64,000 nucleotides of DNA from Felis catus (taxonomy: Eukaryota), in contig NC_058368.1 in the NCBI RefSeq assembly GCF_018350175.1, positions 122,576,001 through 122,640,000 on the forward strand, read 5' to 3'. The notes below the pieces were generated by a model that saw only the letters and a list, made by a program, of their open reading frames with translations, was not told where the DNA came from and searched no databases. A program made the translations under genes and the position numbers. Of the stretch, positions 52,101 to 64,000 are shown one piece after another. Each line of letters begins with the position of its first letter. Position 1 is the first letter of the stretch.

Positions 52101-54871
52101 TCAAGATGCCAGGAGAGAATTGAGACCAGAGCCCTATCATTCTCGGATGGGCAACGCAGGTGACATCTAGTGTTCAAATGGAGGTCTTGCCCATAGCAAA
52201 GAGCAAAGATGGTTCCTCCACAGGGAACTGAGGATGAAGTATGGGATCTAGGCTGGTTAAGCAAGAAAGGAGGGCATCAGTGTACAGAGAGATGAAAGAT
52301 AGTGAACATATTGAAGATTAAAGAAGATCATTCATGTAAAATTTTTAGCACAAAGCAAGTTAACTAGATGGTATGACATGACTATTCTGCCATGACTTTT
52401 ACTGTTCTGATTTTCCAAACTTGTTTATGCCAGGGACTATGTCTTATTTATTTTTGCAGTCCCCAGCTCTTTCACAATGCTTGAAATAGAGTAGAATTAA
52501 TGCAACAAAAAATACATTGAATAGGGGGGAAACTCAAGAATATTCTCTGCCTTCCTTTTAATCTCCAAAATATCTGAAATAGCCATTTACACAGTGTTGA
52601 CCATTGAAAATATTTTCTACTTTTTTAAAAACAAATTTATACTTTGCCATATTAATATGGGGAATCATTTCCCTTGGTCCTGCTTTGAAGGACGGAGGAA
52701 AAAAATAGCTCCAAACAAATACAGAAAGAGTTCTGAAGGGGCAAGAACCACACACCAGGCCTTTGTGAAACATATAAGCTATTCTAATATCAGTAAAAAT
52801 ACACATTTAATCTCAGAACTGTCCATTAAGTCATTTGGGTCCATTAATTTTGCCCACAGTTCAAACAAAGGAAATCTTAGTCATGTACTTCCAGTATCTC
52901 AAAATGAAAATCAAGGTGGTGATTCACCTGCTATAATTAGATGTTTATACACTAAATACACAGAAATAACCTGACAAACAATTCTACCTTTGATACATAT
53001 AAGCCAGAAAAGAAAAACAATATATCATAGACACACACAAAATATTTCCACAAACTTATTCCAAAATTATACTGATACCAGCCTGAGGAAAGTGTGTAAA
53101 CCTACTTCTCCCTAGATAGAGATTCTCATTTATTTCTTCAGTAGAGGATGGTTCTGAAGGCCTCCAACCTTCATAAGCTTTGATGGCACTTCATTTCTAA
53201 GCCACAGTCAGGGCCATACTGGCTAGGGTTAGGGGGTAAGGTTGGGAGGGTGGAGGGATAAATTACTGTGTTCACCTCCATCTCTGGCCCAACACGTTAG
53301 ACACAGATGAGGTCACATGTACTACAACTGCTGTAGGAAACTAAAATAGGTAGTAGTCAAAATGAATCAAGGATGGATGATCATAAGGCTGAAGGCAGTT
53401 ACTCCACTAAAAAGTCCTAGCCTCGCGCCTACTTTCTAGATCTGACCTAGTTTTGAGGCTTGCAAAATGTTAACTGAAGGAGAAGCTGGGTTATCATGAG
53501 GAAAGATCCTGCAACACCATGACCAGTACATATGGTAATGATTCCTCTGGTCCTTTGTCCTTCCTCAAGGGTCCTAGGGCCAAATACTAATGCCACTGTA
53601 AGGTGGGAAATTCGGCCCTAAACACTGAGAAGGCAGGTGGATATGAGTTCCCAGCCGACAATGATACCAAGAGACGAGGCATCAACATAGCTCCTCTGTT
53701 ACAGTGAAAGCATGCTAAGGCCAGGTAATAAATGGACTCCTGGTCTAGTTCTGCCTTACCTTTGGCTGATTAGGCTTACAGATCAACCTACTGGTCATTT
53801 TCACAAACCACTATTAATTGGAATGGAAAAATATGGCAAATAGCACACCCACGTTGGTTTCTTAGCCTGTGGGGTAACAGCAATCAAGTTGGGAAGACCA
53901 AGCAGAAGGCTCTAAAACCGTTCCCCACCTCTACCCCAGGATGTTAAATCAAGATAGCAAATTTTAAAAAATTTTGCATCCTAAGAGAATGGCAGAGGTC
54001 ATCAACACCCTAAGGGACTGAAATGCTATGGGGCTGGGATTCCCCATTATATAGTCATTTAATTCACTAGTCTGGATACTACAAAAGTCAGACAAAGCCC
54101 AATGCACAACTCAATCAATTAATAGCCCAAATTGAAGGTATTATGATATTTCTCTAGGACATACTGTCATGGCCTCAGGTACGTGGTACACAGCCACCGA
54201 ACTATGCAATGAGTTCTTCTCCATCCTGGTCAGAAAAGAAGAGAAAAGCAGTTTGCATGCCCTTCAAACCGATGACAATATGCGTGAAGAGTCTGACCCC
54301 AGGGCCATGTTAATTATCCTTCCTTCCATTATAATACAGCCTGAAAAGATCTAAGTTGTCCAGACATCTTGAAGAACATCCTACTGGTACACTCTTTTGA
54401 CGACATTACGCAAAACTGATGAGATGAACAAGAAGCGCCAAGTTCGCTGAAGGCTTTAGTAAGACACATGAGCTGCAGAGTGTTCACAAAGGACACCAGA
54501 ACTTTAGAGAGTGGGAGATAAAGACCACAAAGCTTCAGGGAGCTGACAATTTCGGGAGTCCCATGGACCAGGACATGCCACAGCACTTCCTCTAGAGTAA
54601 AGAACAAATTACTACATTTGACAACTCCCACTGCAAAGAAAAAAGCACAAAGCCTGGTGGGGGGGGGGGGGGGTTGGGGGGGGGAGGCTTTAGGTTTTAG
54701 GAGCAACATATTCCATAGCTGGAAATGCTCTCACAGCCCGTTTATATACAAAGCTATGAGCTCTGAGTGATACCTGGAGCAGGAAACGGCTCTCTGCAGA
54801 TCCTTGGCACAGTGCTGACAGCCCTGCCACTTTAGCCACAGGATGCTGTCTATCCCATGGCACTGGGGGTA

Positions 54872-55470
54872 CAGGTACACCCCGCTCTTTGAAAGCTCAT
54901 GTTACACCACTTCGCTACCATGAAAGACCTATCTTAGTACCTGTTTTTGCTAACCAAAAGAAATTTGAAGAGGAGTTTTGCTTCTTTGAAAAAAAAGGTG
55001 ACAATAGCATTCGGCATCCGTTTGGCAGTGAGCTGTGAGAGAGGCAATGTGCACCCTGGACACCGCCAATCTCCTTGCCTGGGAGCTACACTCAGCATCT
55101 CAGCATCAAGATGCCACAGCTCTCGGGGCACCTGGGTGGCTCAGTCAGTTGAGCGTACAACTTCGGCTCGGGTCATGATCTCACGGCTCGTGAGTTCAAG
55201 CCCCACATCGGGCTCTGTGCTGACAGCTCAGAGCCTGGAGTCTGCTTCGGATTCTGTGTCTCCCTCTCTCACTGTGCCCCTCCCTCATTCATGCTCTGTC
55301 TCTCTTTCTCTCAAGAATAAATAAAACATTAAAAAAAAAAAGATGCCACAGCTCTGAACTATGAGCATCTGTGCTTTATCTTGATTTGTTTTGTGCATCT
55401 GTTGGCAAGATATGTCCTAAGAGATCAAAAAAGCCTGAGAGGGGTTACTTGGGGGCTCTAGAAACACTCA
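54872..55470 (+). mobile_element. Probable Tc1/mariner (Tigger-type) DNA-transposon fragment, right end missing
   Basis: ERV homology stops at TA|CAGGTAC (TA target plus CAG terminus); non-ERV sequence follows until ERV homology resumes at about 55471. Family assignment is from recall. Confidence 0.6.
55125..55339 (+). mobile_element. Can-SINE nested in a DNA-transposon fragment within the ERV
   Basis: TSD AAGATGCCACAGCTCT at 55108-55123 and 55340-55355. Confidence 0.92.
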
Positions 55471-56872
55471 TCTGTCACAGAAGAGGAACTAAAGAACAAG
55501 GTGGATGAAGTGACATCAGTTAGTTGACATCAGTCAGGCTCCATCATCAACCGCCCAGTGTTAGTTCAATGGGTACATGACTGGAGTAGACAGAGTAACA
55601 CAGATAGAGACTACGGGGGAACCAATACCTACCCACAGGTGCTGATTCAACTACGATGCTGTCCAACGTCCATCCTGCCAGCAAGAGAAACCAACACTGC
55701 CTCCTCAGTATGGCACCACCCCTCAAAGATCCACACACCCAAGGGAGACAAGTTGACTACACTGGATACCTTTCACACTGGAAGACACAGTGACACTTTT
55801 CACACAGTAAAGACACATCGTTTACAGAAATGAACACATATTCCAGGTATGGACTTGCCTCTGCTGCTGCTAGAGCCTCAGCTCAACACTAAGGAGTGTT
55901 TGATGCATCGACATGGGTTCCATAACATCACATCAGACTAAGGGGCCTATTTAATAGTAAATAAGGAGCATGAAAGGTCATGTGACTACAGGATGCTGTA
56001 GTTATATCAAATACTGCCTCACCTAGAAGCTGCCATCCTAAACGTGGAGGGATGATCTCCTGAAGGCACAACCACAGCACCAATTCAGAGATGATTCCTT
56101 GCAAGGATAAGGCACCATCCTCCTGAATGCACTGTAAATTTTAAATCCGTGCCCTTTATAAGGTACTATGTCCCCAAAAGAAGATTACATGAGTCTAAGA
56201 ACCAAGGGGAAGAAGCAAGAGTGACCCCTTTGACCATCACTCCCAGGGACCCAAGTGGGACATATATATGTGCTTCACATCCCTGTAACTCTGAGTTGTC
56301 TCGTATATTTTCACCAAAGGGGGAACCTTTCCACCAGGGGGCATAGCAAGAGTCCTACTGACTGAAAAGATACTGCTGCTATGGGGCACACAGACCTTTC
56401 TCTGCCAGGGGACTAAACAGGCAGGGAAAGAAGGGGCATCCTTATAGGACCCATATTATCAGGAGCAGGAAGGGCTGCTGTTACACAATGGGGGCAGGGA
56501 AGAGTACGTATGACACTCTTGTGATCCACATGGGTTCTTGTAGGTACTACCGTGCCCAGTCTTGCCAATAAATAGACAAGTACACCAGCCATAACCTGAG
56601 AAGGGCATGGTGACCAGGGACTCTTACCCCTCGGAGAGGAGGGTCCGTGTCCTAACACCAAGCAAATCACCTGGACCAGGGAAGAAGTTAGCTAAGAATG
56701 AAGAGAATCTAGAATGATCAGTAGAGAACAATAATGAGTATTAGTGTGGCTCTAAGACCGGCTGTGTGAAAAAGGCCCTGACCCCCCAAAAGAAGAGGCA
56801 CACCTAGGTTCTAGAGTTGGGGATTCCAGAACTTACACAATGAAGTGAATGTGGGCAGTGCAAGGAGAGGTC

Positions 56873-57263
56873 TGTAGCAGACACGCGGTAACTCCACCCA
56901 GCCCCCCCTATCTAGGATGGAAGGACTCGGTCCTCCGGGTGCTCTCGTCCTTCAGCATTAGCCCTTTCTGAAAACTGCCCTTATTTCAGGTAACCCTGTC
57001 CCCACCCCAAGGGCAGCCTGATCCAGTAATTGGTTAATGTGAGCATAAAAAGGCCTGGCCTCCTAGCCACAAAAGGGTAACAACTCCAAAGCCTGTCAGG
57101 TTAGCTAAAGCGTTGTAGACCACATCACAGTTCAACTTCCCCCTCTGCCTAACCATCCCCTTCCCTTCCCTTGCACAGATCCTGATCCCAGGAACACTCT
57201 CTAATAAACTTCCTGCACATTACCCTTCTCAGAATCTGCTTCCTAGGAAACCCAATATGCAAA
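56873..57263 (+). mobile_element. LTR16-like 3' LTR of the ERV-L relic
   Basis: Begins TGTAGCAGACAC right after a purine-rich tract (gcaaggagagg); has AATAAA then cttctcagaatctgcttcctaggaaacccaa, like the LTR16 3' end. Confidence 0.78.
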
Positions 57264-57380
57264 GTGAGGCTGGTATTAAATGAATATATATGTGGAATGA
57301 CAATTTTTTTATTTAGCCGATATTTTTAAAAGTACATATTTCACACTCAAATTTAGATATCTTTAAAAATTGGAAACTGA

Positions 57381-57615
57381 GGGACACCTGGGTGGCTCAG
57401 TCGGTTAAGTGTCTGACTTCAGCTCAGGTCATGATCTCACAGTTTGTGAGTTCAAGCCCCATGTCAGGCTCTGTGCTGACAGCTCAGAGCCTGGAGCCTG
57501 CTTCAGATTCTGTGTCTCCCTTTCTCTCTACCCCTCCCCCACTCATGCTGTGTCTCTCTCTGTCTCAAAAATAAATAAACATTAAAAAAAATTTAATAAA
57601 AAAGAAAAAAAAATG
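57381..57615 (+). mobile_element. Can-SINE
   Basis: Typical body; TSD aattggaaa(a)ct. Confidence 0.88.
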
Positions 57616-58796
57616 TTTTAATTGGAAAACTTGGTGATTCCATGTTTCCAGATACACACTGGAGCCCATCAGCTAAAGTCAAATACTGGCTGTCTTTTGG
57701 ATAGAACACGTACTTTTGCATTATGTGTGTCTGCTGCTTCCTTTTCCTTGACGTAGTGTTGGCTTCTCTTATGCCACCTGCCTGGCATAGAGTCATGTGA
57801 ATTTCTGACATTAGATCATTAAGACATTCTTGTGTTATTTAGGCACTAGAGAATAGGGACTCTGTGCCTCAAAGGTGAGGATTGTTTTTGTCTTGTTTTG
57901 TTTTTTCCAAAGCAGTCTTTGTTGCCTGTTCAGAATTGAGAGAGCAGTGAGTTATCTCCAGGGAACTACCTCCTCCCTGGCCCACCCCACTCCACTCCCA
58001 CTGCGCCCTAAACCACAAGATTGAATCCCGGAACTACCAGACCGTGCGTGTGTTAAAAGCCTGTGTGAAAGCATGACCGGAGCTGCAGAATCTAAGGTTA
58101 AGTGCAGTCAGTTTCACCCTTGGGCTGAACGGAAACACACGTGACTGGATTCAGACCTCTCCCTGTACAGCACAAGGGCTCACTCCCAGATGAGGGATGT
58201 GAGACACACTCTCGGATGGAGGCTCAAACAGCAAGCCAGCCCCCAAATGTAAAGCGGCAACCCCAGTTTATATTTTCCAGGTTTCCTATCCCTCTCCAGG
58301 AAGGGACTTTGGCTGCACGTCTTTTGGGTTTTTTTTCCTCTGCTTTCCTGTATTCAGTCATAGCAAATGCTCCAGGGCTCTGGGGCCTCATCAGCCTCTG
58401 GATCCTTATCTTTGCAGAGAAGCAGGAATGGCAGAAACATATGCTTGAGGGTCTAGTCACAGGTTTCTCTGAGCAAATTCCCTAAGGAGCTACCGAATGA
58501 AAAGAGGCTTCTTTTGCATATAAATGGTAAGTCAACAAATGAGTACTTCCTTCCTGGACTGCTCACCTCTACACACTGGTTCCACATGAAACCCTGGATT
58601 TCTGAGCTCAGGACACTCTGTATCAATTGGTGACCTGGGCCTAAGCAGAATGTTTGGTCAGTTTTGAAGGTCCAGGTACACATTTTTTCATTGAGGACAG
58701 TGAACATAAACAACCAGAACCAGAGACTGAAATAGAGAAATACTGTTTGATTTTCTGAATTCATTTCAAATTGTATAACTTTAGAGTTAACAGCCT

Positions 58797-58999
58797 GGGG
58801 GCTCCTGGGTGGCTCAGTCGGTTAGGCATCCGACTTCAGCTCAGGTCATGATCTCACAGTCCATAAGTTCAAGCCCTATGTCGGACTGTGCTGATGGCTC
58901 AGAGCCTGGAGCCTCCTTCAGATTCTGTGTCTCTCTGCTCCTCCCCTCCTCACACTCTGTCTCTCTCTCAAAAATAAATAAACAGTAAAGAAAAAAAAA
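58797..58999 (+). mobile_element. Can-SINE abutting an L1
   Basis: GGGGGCTCCTGGGTGGCTCAGTCGG head and A tail. Confidence 0.87.
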
Positions 59000-59007
59000 T
59001 GTTACTC

Positions 59008-59898
59008 TATAAGAAAGGAGCCAAAGAATATACAATGGGAAGAAGACAGTCTCTTCAGCAAATGGTGTTGGGAAAACTGGACAGCAACATACAAAAGAAT
59101 GAAACGGGATCACTTTCTTACACCATACACAAAAATAAACTTAAAATGGATTAAAGACCTAAATGTGAGACCTCAACCCATAAAATTCCTAGAAGAAAGA
59201 TAGGCAGTAATTTCTATGACACTGGCCTTAGCAACACTTTTCTAGATATGTCTCAGACAATGGAAATTATTGGGACTACATGAAAATAAAAAGCTTTTGC
59301 ACAACAAAGGAAATCATTGGCAAAACAAAAAGGCAGCCTAATGAATGGGAAAAGATATTTACAAGTGATATATCCAATTAGGGGCTAACATCCAAAATAT
59401 ATAATGAATTTGTACAACTCCACACTAAAAACAAATTATCTGATTGAAAAAGGGGCAGAGGATCTGAATAGACATTTTTCCAAAGAAGACATACAGATGG
59501 CCAATAGACACAAGCTCAGTGTCAGTTGCTAATCATCAGGGAAATGCAAATCAAAGCCATAATGAGAGATCACCTTATACTGTCACATTGGCTAGACTCC
59601 AGAAGACAAGAAGTAATAAGTGTTGGCAAGAATGTGGAGAAAAGGGAATGCTCGTGCACTCTTGGTGGGAATGTAAATTGGTGCAGGCCCTGTGGAAAAC
59701 AGTATGGATATTTCTCCAAAAATTAAAAAGAGAAATATCATATGATCTAGTAATTCCATTATTGGTATTTACCCAAAGGGAAAAAAAACCACTAACTTGA
59801 AAAAATATATGTACTTTATGTCCACCGCAGCATTATTTACAATAGCCAGGATATGGAAGCAGCCCAAGTGTTCATCCATAGATGAATGGATAAAGAAG

Positions 59899-59945
<47 letters not shown>

Positions 59946-60247
59946 ATGAAGTATTATCCACCCATAAAAAAGAATGTGATTTTTGCCATTTAGACACCAT
60001 GAATGGACCTAGAAGGCATTATGCTAAGTGAAATACGTAAGACAGAGAAAGACAAATACCATAATTTCACCTCTTTGTGGAATCTAAAAAAAATAAACAA
60101 AGACAAAACAAAACACAAAGAATAAACAAACAAAAGGCAAAAACAGACCCATAAATAGAAAACAAACTGACTGTTGCCAGCGGGAGGAAGCAGGGGGGGG
60201 GTGGGGTGCGCAAAATGGGTGAAGGGGATTAGAAGATTAAAAAAAAC
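59008..60247 (+). mobile_element. Carnivore L1 fragment: decayed ORF2 C-terminus plus part of the 3'UTR, with internal (CA)n
   Basis: Recognisable L1 ORF2 end sequence (AAATGGTGTTGGGAAAACTGG; TCATCAGGGAAATGCAAATCAAA); ORF 59519..59800 contains the L1 motif [24 protein letters not shown]; multiple frameshifts. Confidence 0.92.
59901..59943. repeat. (AC)n microsatellite within L1
   Basis: Seen directly. Confidence 0.97.
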
Positions 60248-63200
60248 TCTTGGAAGTACAGACAGAACTAATGACACTCATACAAAATTTGTTTTCAAGT
60301 AAAATAGACAATAACTAGCCAATTAACTTGGGAACACAAGATAGGCCCTCTACTCTCCATGATGACATCCACACGAGAAAAATATTTGAGGCACCCAATC
60401 ATCGACAGTTAAGGACAGAATGGGGGGGTTAGCTGCTCCTCACCCCTAACAAAACTCCTACGACCACTGGGGCACCCTCAAGCTAACATAGCACCCCAGG
60501 AGACTTGGCCAGCACCACCCTGAATGCTGGAGGGGCCAGCAGTAATCTCTTTCCCCAGCAATGCACGTCACGCATCAGTGATGGCCGCCAGAAGTGATAC
60601 CAATCAACCTGCTTCACCGGTCCTTGGGTCAACTGTTCTCCTCCCTACTTGGCAAGAATTCACTGTTACCCTGAGAGTGCCAAAGCGGGAGCACAGAGAA
60701 CCTGCCATGGAGCCCAGAAATGGAATTCTGGAATTCAATTCTACTAGTCACACAGATGGCTATTTCAGTTCTAGCTCTGTCTTATACTGACTGTGGAGTC
60801 CTCGGACAAATTCTCAGTTTCCTCATCTGCCAACAGGGGGATAACACTGTTAACTCCTATAGTATGAACAAGTGGTGAAATCATGGGAGGTGGAGTACCT
60901 GATGTTCTGCGAATGCTCCAAGAAATGGGATTAATAACTCAGATTAATTAAAATATTGTGTGATGCTGCTCAGAGTACAGAGTGTTACTAAGTGACCTAA
61001 GTTATTAAGTGAACCCACTCCAAAGATAGCCAAACAAATAGTTTTCTGGAGAGGGTGTCTCTATTTTTTTTTCTTCAAGCTCTCAAAGTGTGTGTGACCC
61101 CCCAAATTCATGCATTCATGCCACTGTAAGATACTGTCTCCCAAACCTTGCCTCTGGCCAGCCTTTGCTCCTCAGTTCCAGGCTCATCCATCCAAGTGCA
61201 CACAGGAAGTGTCCATGTGAGTGATGCACAGGTGTGTCACTCCACCTCACTCCCTGCGGTGCACGGCCCACATCCCCCTTTGGGAAAAAGGGCTTATGAT
61301 CCCAGATGCTGCAAGTGCCCGTGGCAGATGCTCACAGTTGTCAACCATCTTTGAACACGACTGCTTCAGCTGAGGAGAGCCACCTTGCCGGAGAGGACGC
61401 TGCCCTGGGGGCAGGGGTGGTCCACACTGGTACCAAGTGTCTGACCCTTTTATCCAAACTGGGAACAGAGCTGGAGGTTCATTCTCTCTTTGAACAGTGA
61501 GTCTGCAACCTCATCGGCCCACTTTGGCATCCTTCCCTTCCTTTCCCTTCCACTGGTATTGATCTCAATATCATCCTCTTGATAAATTGTTGGTATGTTA
61601 ATCTTTGCCAATCTCTTTTCTAGGGAAACTGGTACACTCAGCATGTCTCAGATAGGTTCCAGAATTTTCTGCACTTTCTCCAGTGCTTAGTAGTGCAGCC
61701 GGTGATACCTCGCCTTACCTGGTCATCTTAACCAGAAACCTGGGTGAACCTTAACCATCTTGGGTGCTTTTGTCCTGTCTGCTCCTTCAGTCTGGATCAA
61801 CCTCAGCCAGTTGGTGTCCTTCTTATCATTCAGGTGTCATCTTGAATGTCACCTCCTCACTTAGCTGTGGGCTTCCAATCATTCCCTAATACTCTGTGGC
61901 TGAAGTCTAAGATTCTGAATGTCATGCACAAACCACCCTCCCAATTGGCCTCTGCTCACCTCTGTGGCCTCACCTTTCTTCACGACTTGCACATTAGGCT
62001 CAGGTAACCCTAGGAATACGGAGCTCCTCTCTCACATCACGCTGTTCCTTGCCTCCAAGCACTTGTCCATATCAGACCTATTGCCAGAAACACTTGTCCC
62101 CTTTCTTAAATTGGAAACCTCCAAACAATCTTTAACGATTCAATCTTCCTGTCTTCCAGGAAGCTTTCCACAACATCTCAGGGCCCCCTGGTGCTTCCCA
62201 GAGCCTCTGCCAACCTCCAGCACTGGGTTTATAGAGTATGTTATGATTATCTGTTTAACTGGCCATCTTCCCCAGGCTCCTTGAGGAAGGGGTGGGGCTC
62301 TGATACAATTCAGCATTGTCTCCCCAGTGGCAGCACAGTGCCTAGCATACAGATGAAGGCACCCCTGAGATGTTTGTTCAAAGACTGCCTTGGATGAATA
62401 CATGCTAAAATACATATTTACATCTCTGCACGCTTGCATACATACACACACGCATAAACAAACTTGAACCAAACGTAAGCCCTACTTGAAAGCAGAATCC
62501 TGAAGGATACTGGGCTGGCTGAGGTGGCAGAAAGTTTTGGATAGACTCACTCGCATGTTAATGGGATATCCCTAAGGTTGGCTCTTAGTTAAAAAGTTAA
62601 GATAACCATGGCAGTAAAACAATTTTTTAAAAAAGAGAGACTAGATCAAAAGGATTCAAGTGTAAGTATCCAGACAGGCTGGAATCAGGATCCGTCAGCC
62701 ACAGACACTTTTACCTTCTGAGGCCTCACAGTCCTGCATGCAGTTCTATTTACATTAGCTACACGTTTTCTCTAAACATTCGGCCACTCCATATTTCTTC
62801 ATTCTAATCACAGTGAGAGAATAAAATGAGTATCTCTGGGTTCCAACTCCCAGTTGGAAAACATCTCACTGGCTCTTCTTGAGTCCATCATGACTCTACA
62901 ATCTACTCACCAATGGAGAAGGGTTGGAGGAATCACCACACACACATGGCTGCAAGGAGCCCACCCATGTGGACACACAGGCACTTCTCAGAGCAAAGGC
63001 AGCCACTGTGATCTTGGCAGAACCCAGGAAAATGTGTAGGGCAGATTCTTATCTGCTGTCCACACAAAAGGGACAGACGAGGGTGCACAGACACCCATAC
63101 ATCATTACCAAGGAGAAGAAACCAGTGACAGCGAACTTCAAGATAAGAAATCTCTAAGAGGGTACAGAAGAATAGAATGAGATAAACTTTGTAAAGGTGA

Positions 63201-64000
63201 GCCTTGAAAACTTAAGTCTGTCTGCTTGCCATATGCTAATTAAGTGTTCTCAGTCCAGGGGTTTTCATGTATCTGTACCCACAGCCCCCGGCTACTTCTC
63301 CAGCCTCTCTGGCTCCATCTCTGACTGTTTGCACTAGCTTCATTTTTTTTTTCTTAGATCTTCAAAGAGATCACTGCGAGACCACAGCTATCAACTCAGT
63401 CCTACAGATGAAACACATGAGACTAGAGCAGGCACGTGGTTTGTGCACCCCCGAGCCCATAGTTAACGGCTATGTGGGGTTCTAATGTGGGGTTCTGACC
63501 CTTCATCCAGAGATCTGCCATCCGTCTCATGCTGTCTCACTTCATCCTAGTTATACAGGGGTGGGGTGGGCGGGATTCATGCCCTCATCAAAGTTTCAGT
63601 AACAGTAAATTCAGTCTCAAATGAAATAAGATGGTACACGGTATCAGAAAGAGACAGGTAAATGCTGAGCCACAATTAACTATTGTGAGCTCCAAGACAT
63701 AACGACAAGGTATCATTGTGAAAAGAGAAAACGAATAAGGAGTCAACAGACCCAAGTTTTAGCCATGACCATTTCATTAACAAATTGCTTGACCTCAACC
63801 AATTCATTTACCTTCTCTTCATCTCTTTAATAGAGAATAAATTATTCGCTTCCAATGTCTTTAAGCTGATGATCAAATGAGATCATGGAAATGCCCGTTT
63901 TGAAAAAAAATGCACTACAAAAGGTTATATGAACACTAAGCCTTAGTATTGTGATTCCATCATGTTACAAACGTATCCAGGACTGATATCCATTCAAAGC

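Larger units (their letters stand above)
53370..56872 (+). mobile_element. Decayed class III (ERV-L, HERV16/ERV3-16A3-like) internal region: gag end, protease, RT, integrase and probable dUTPase remnants
   Basis: Translated remnants resemble ERV-L pol: VDMSSQPTMIP at about 53637 (protease LDTGS site); GTWYTATELCNEFFSI in ORF 54169; LVHSFDDI at 54384-54407 (YxDD position); VKNKLLHLTTPTAKKKAQSLVG at about 54600-54660; RPSCQQEKPTL at about 55667 (integrase Zn finger). Many stops and frameshifts; left boundary approximate. Confidence 0.85.

Noticed and set aside
54169..54354. Possible domesticated retroviral pol ORF
   Set aside because: Only 61 aa, frameshifted, with catalytic motifs destroyed; a neutral ERV-L relic.

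Overview
Mammalian genomic DNA from a feliform carnivore, most likely a felid, judged from the felid-type tRNA-derived Can-SINEs and L1 3' ends. The window holds the 5' half of DPYSL3 (CRMP4, dihydropyrimidinase-related protein 3) on the minus strand. It includes the CpG-island promoter, the 13-codon first exon of the short isoform (ATG at 45990) and coding exons 2-7, all with GT-AG boundaries and matching phases, giving 690 nt (230 codons). Exons 8 onward lie left of the window, and the alternative long-isoform first exon is inferred to lie to the right. The rest is intronic: about 22 Can-SINEs (several with perfect target-site duplications, TSDs), L1, L2, MIR and MER5 relics, solo LTRs, and a decayed ERV-L/LTR16-type provirus carrying a nested DNA-transposon fragment and SINE. 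I found no evidence of a new biological system. The best hypotheses are a candidate UG-repeat (TDP-43-type) poison cryptic exon in intron 1, a perfect CTCF motif at the internal promoter, inverted young SINEs around exon 2, and several unusual insertion architectures. Repeat family names come from recalled consensus sequences and need RepeatMasker/Dfam confirmation.
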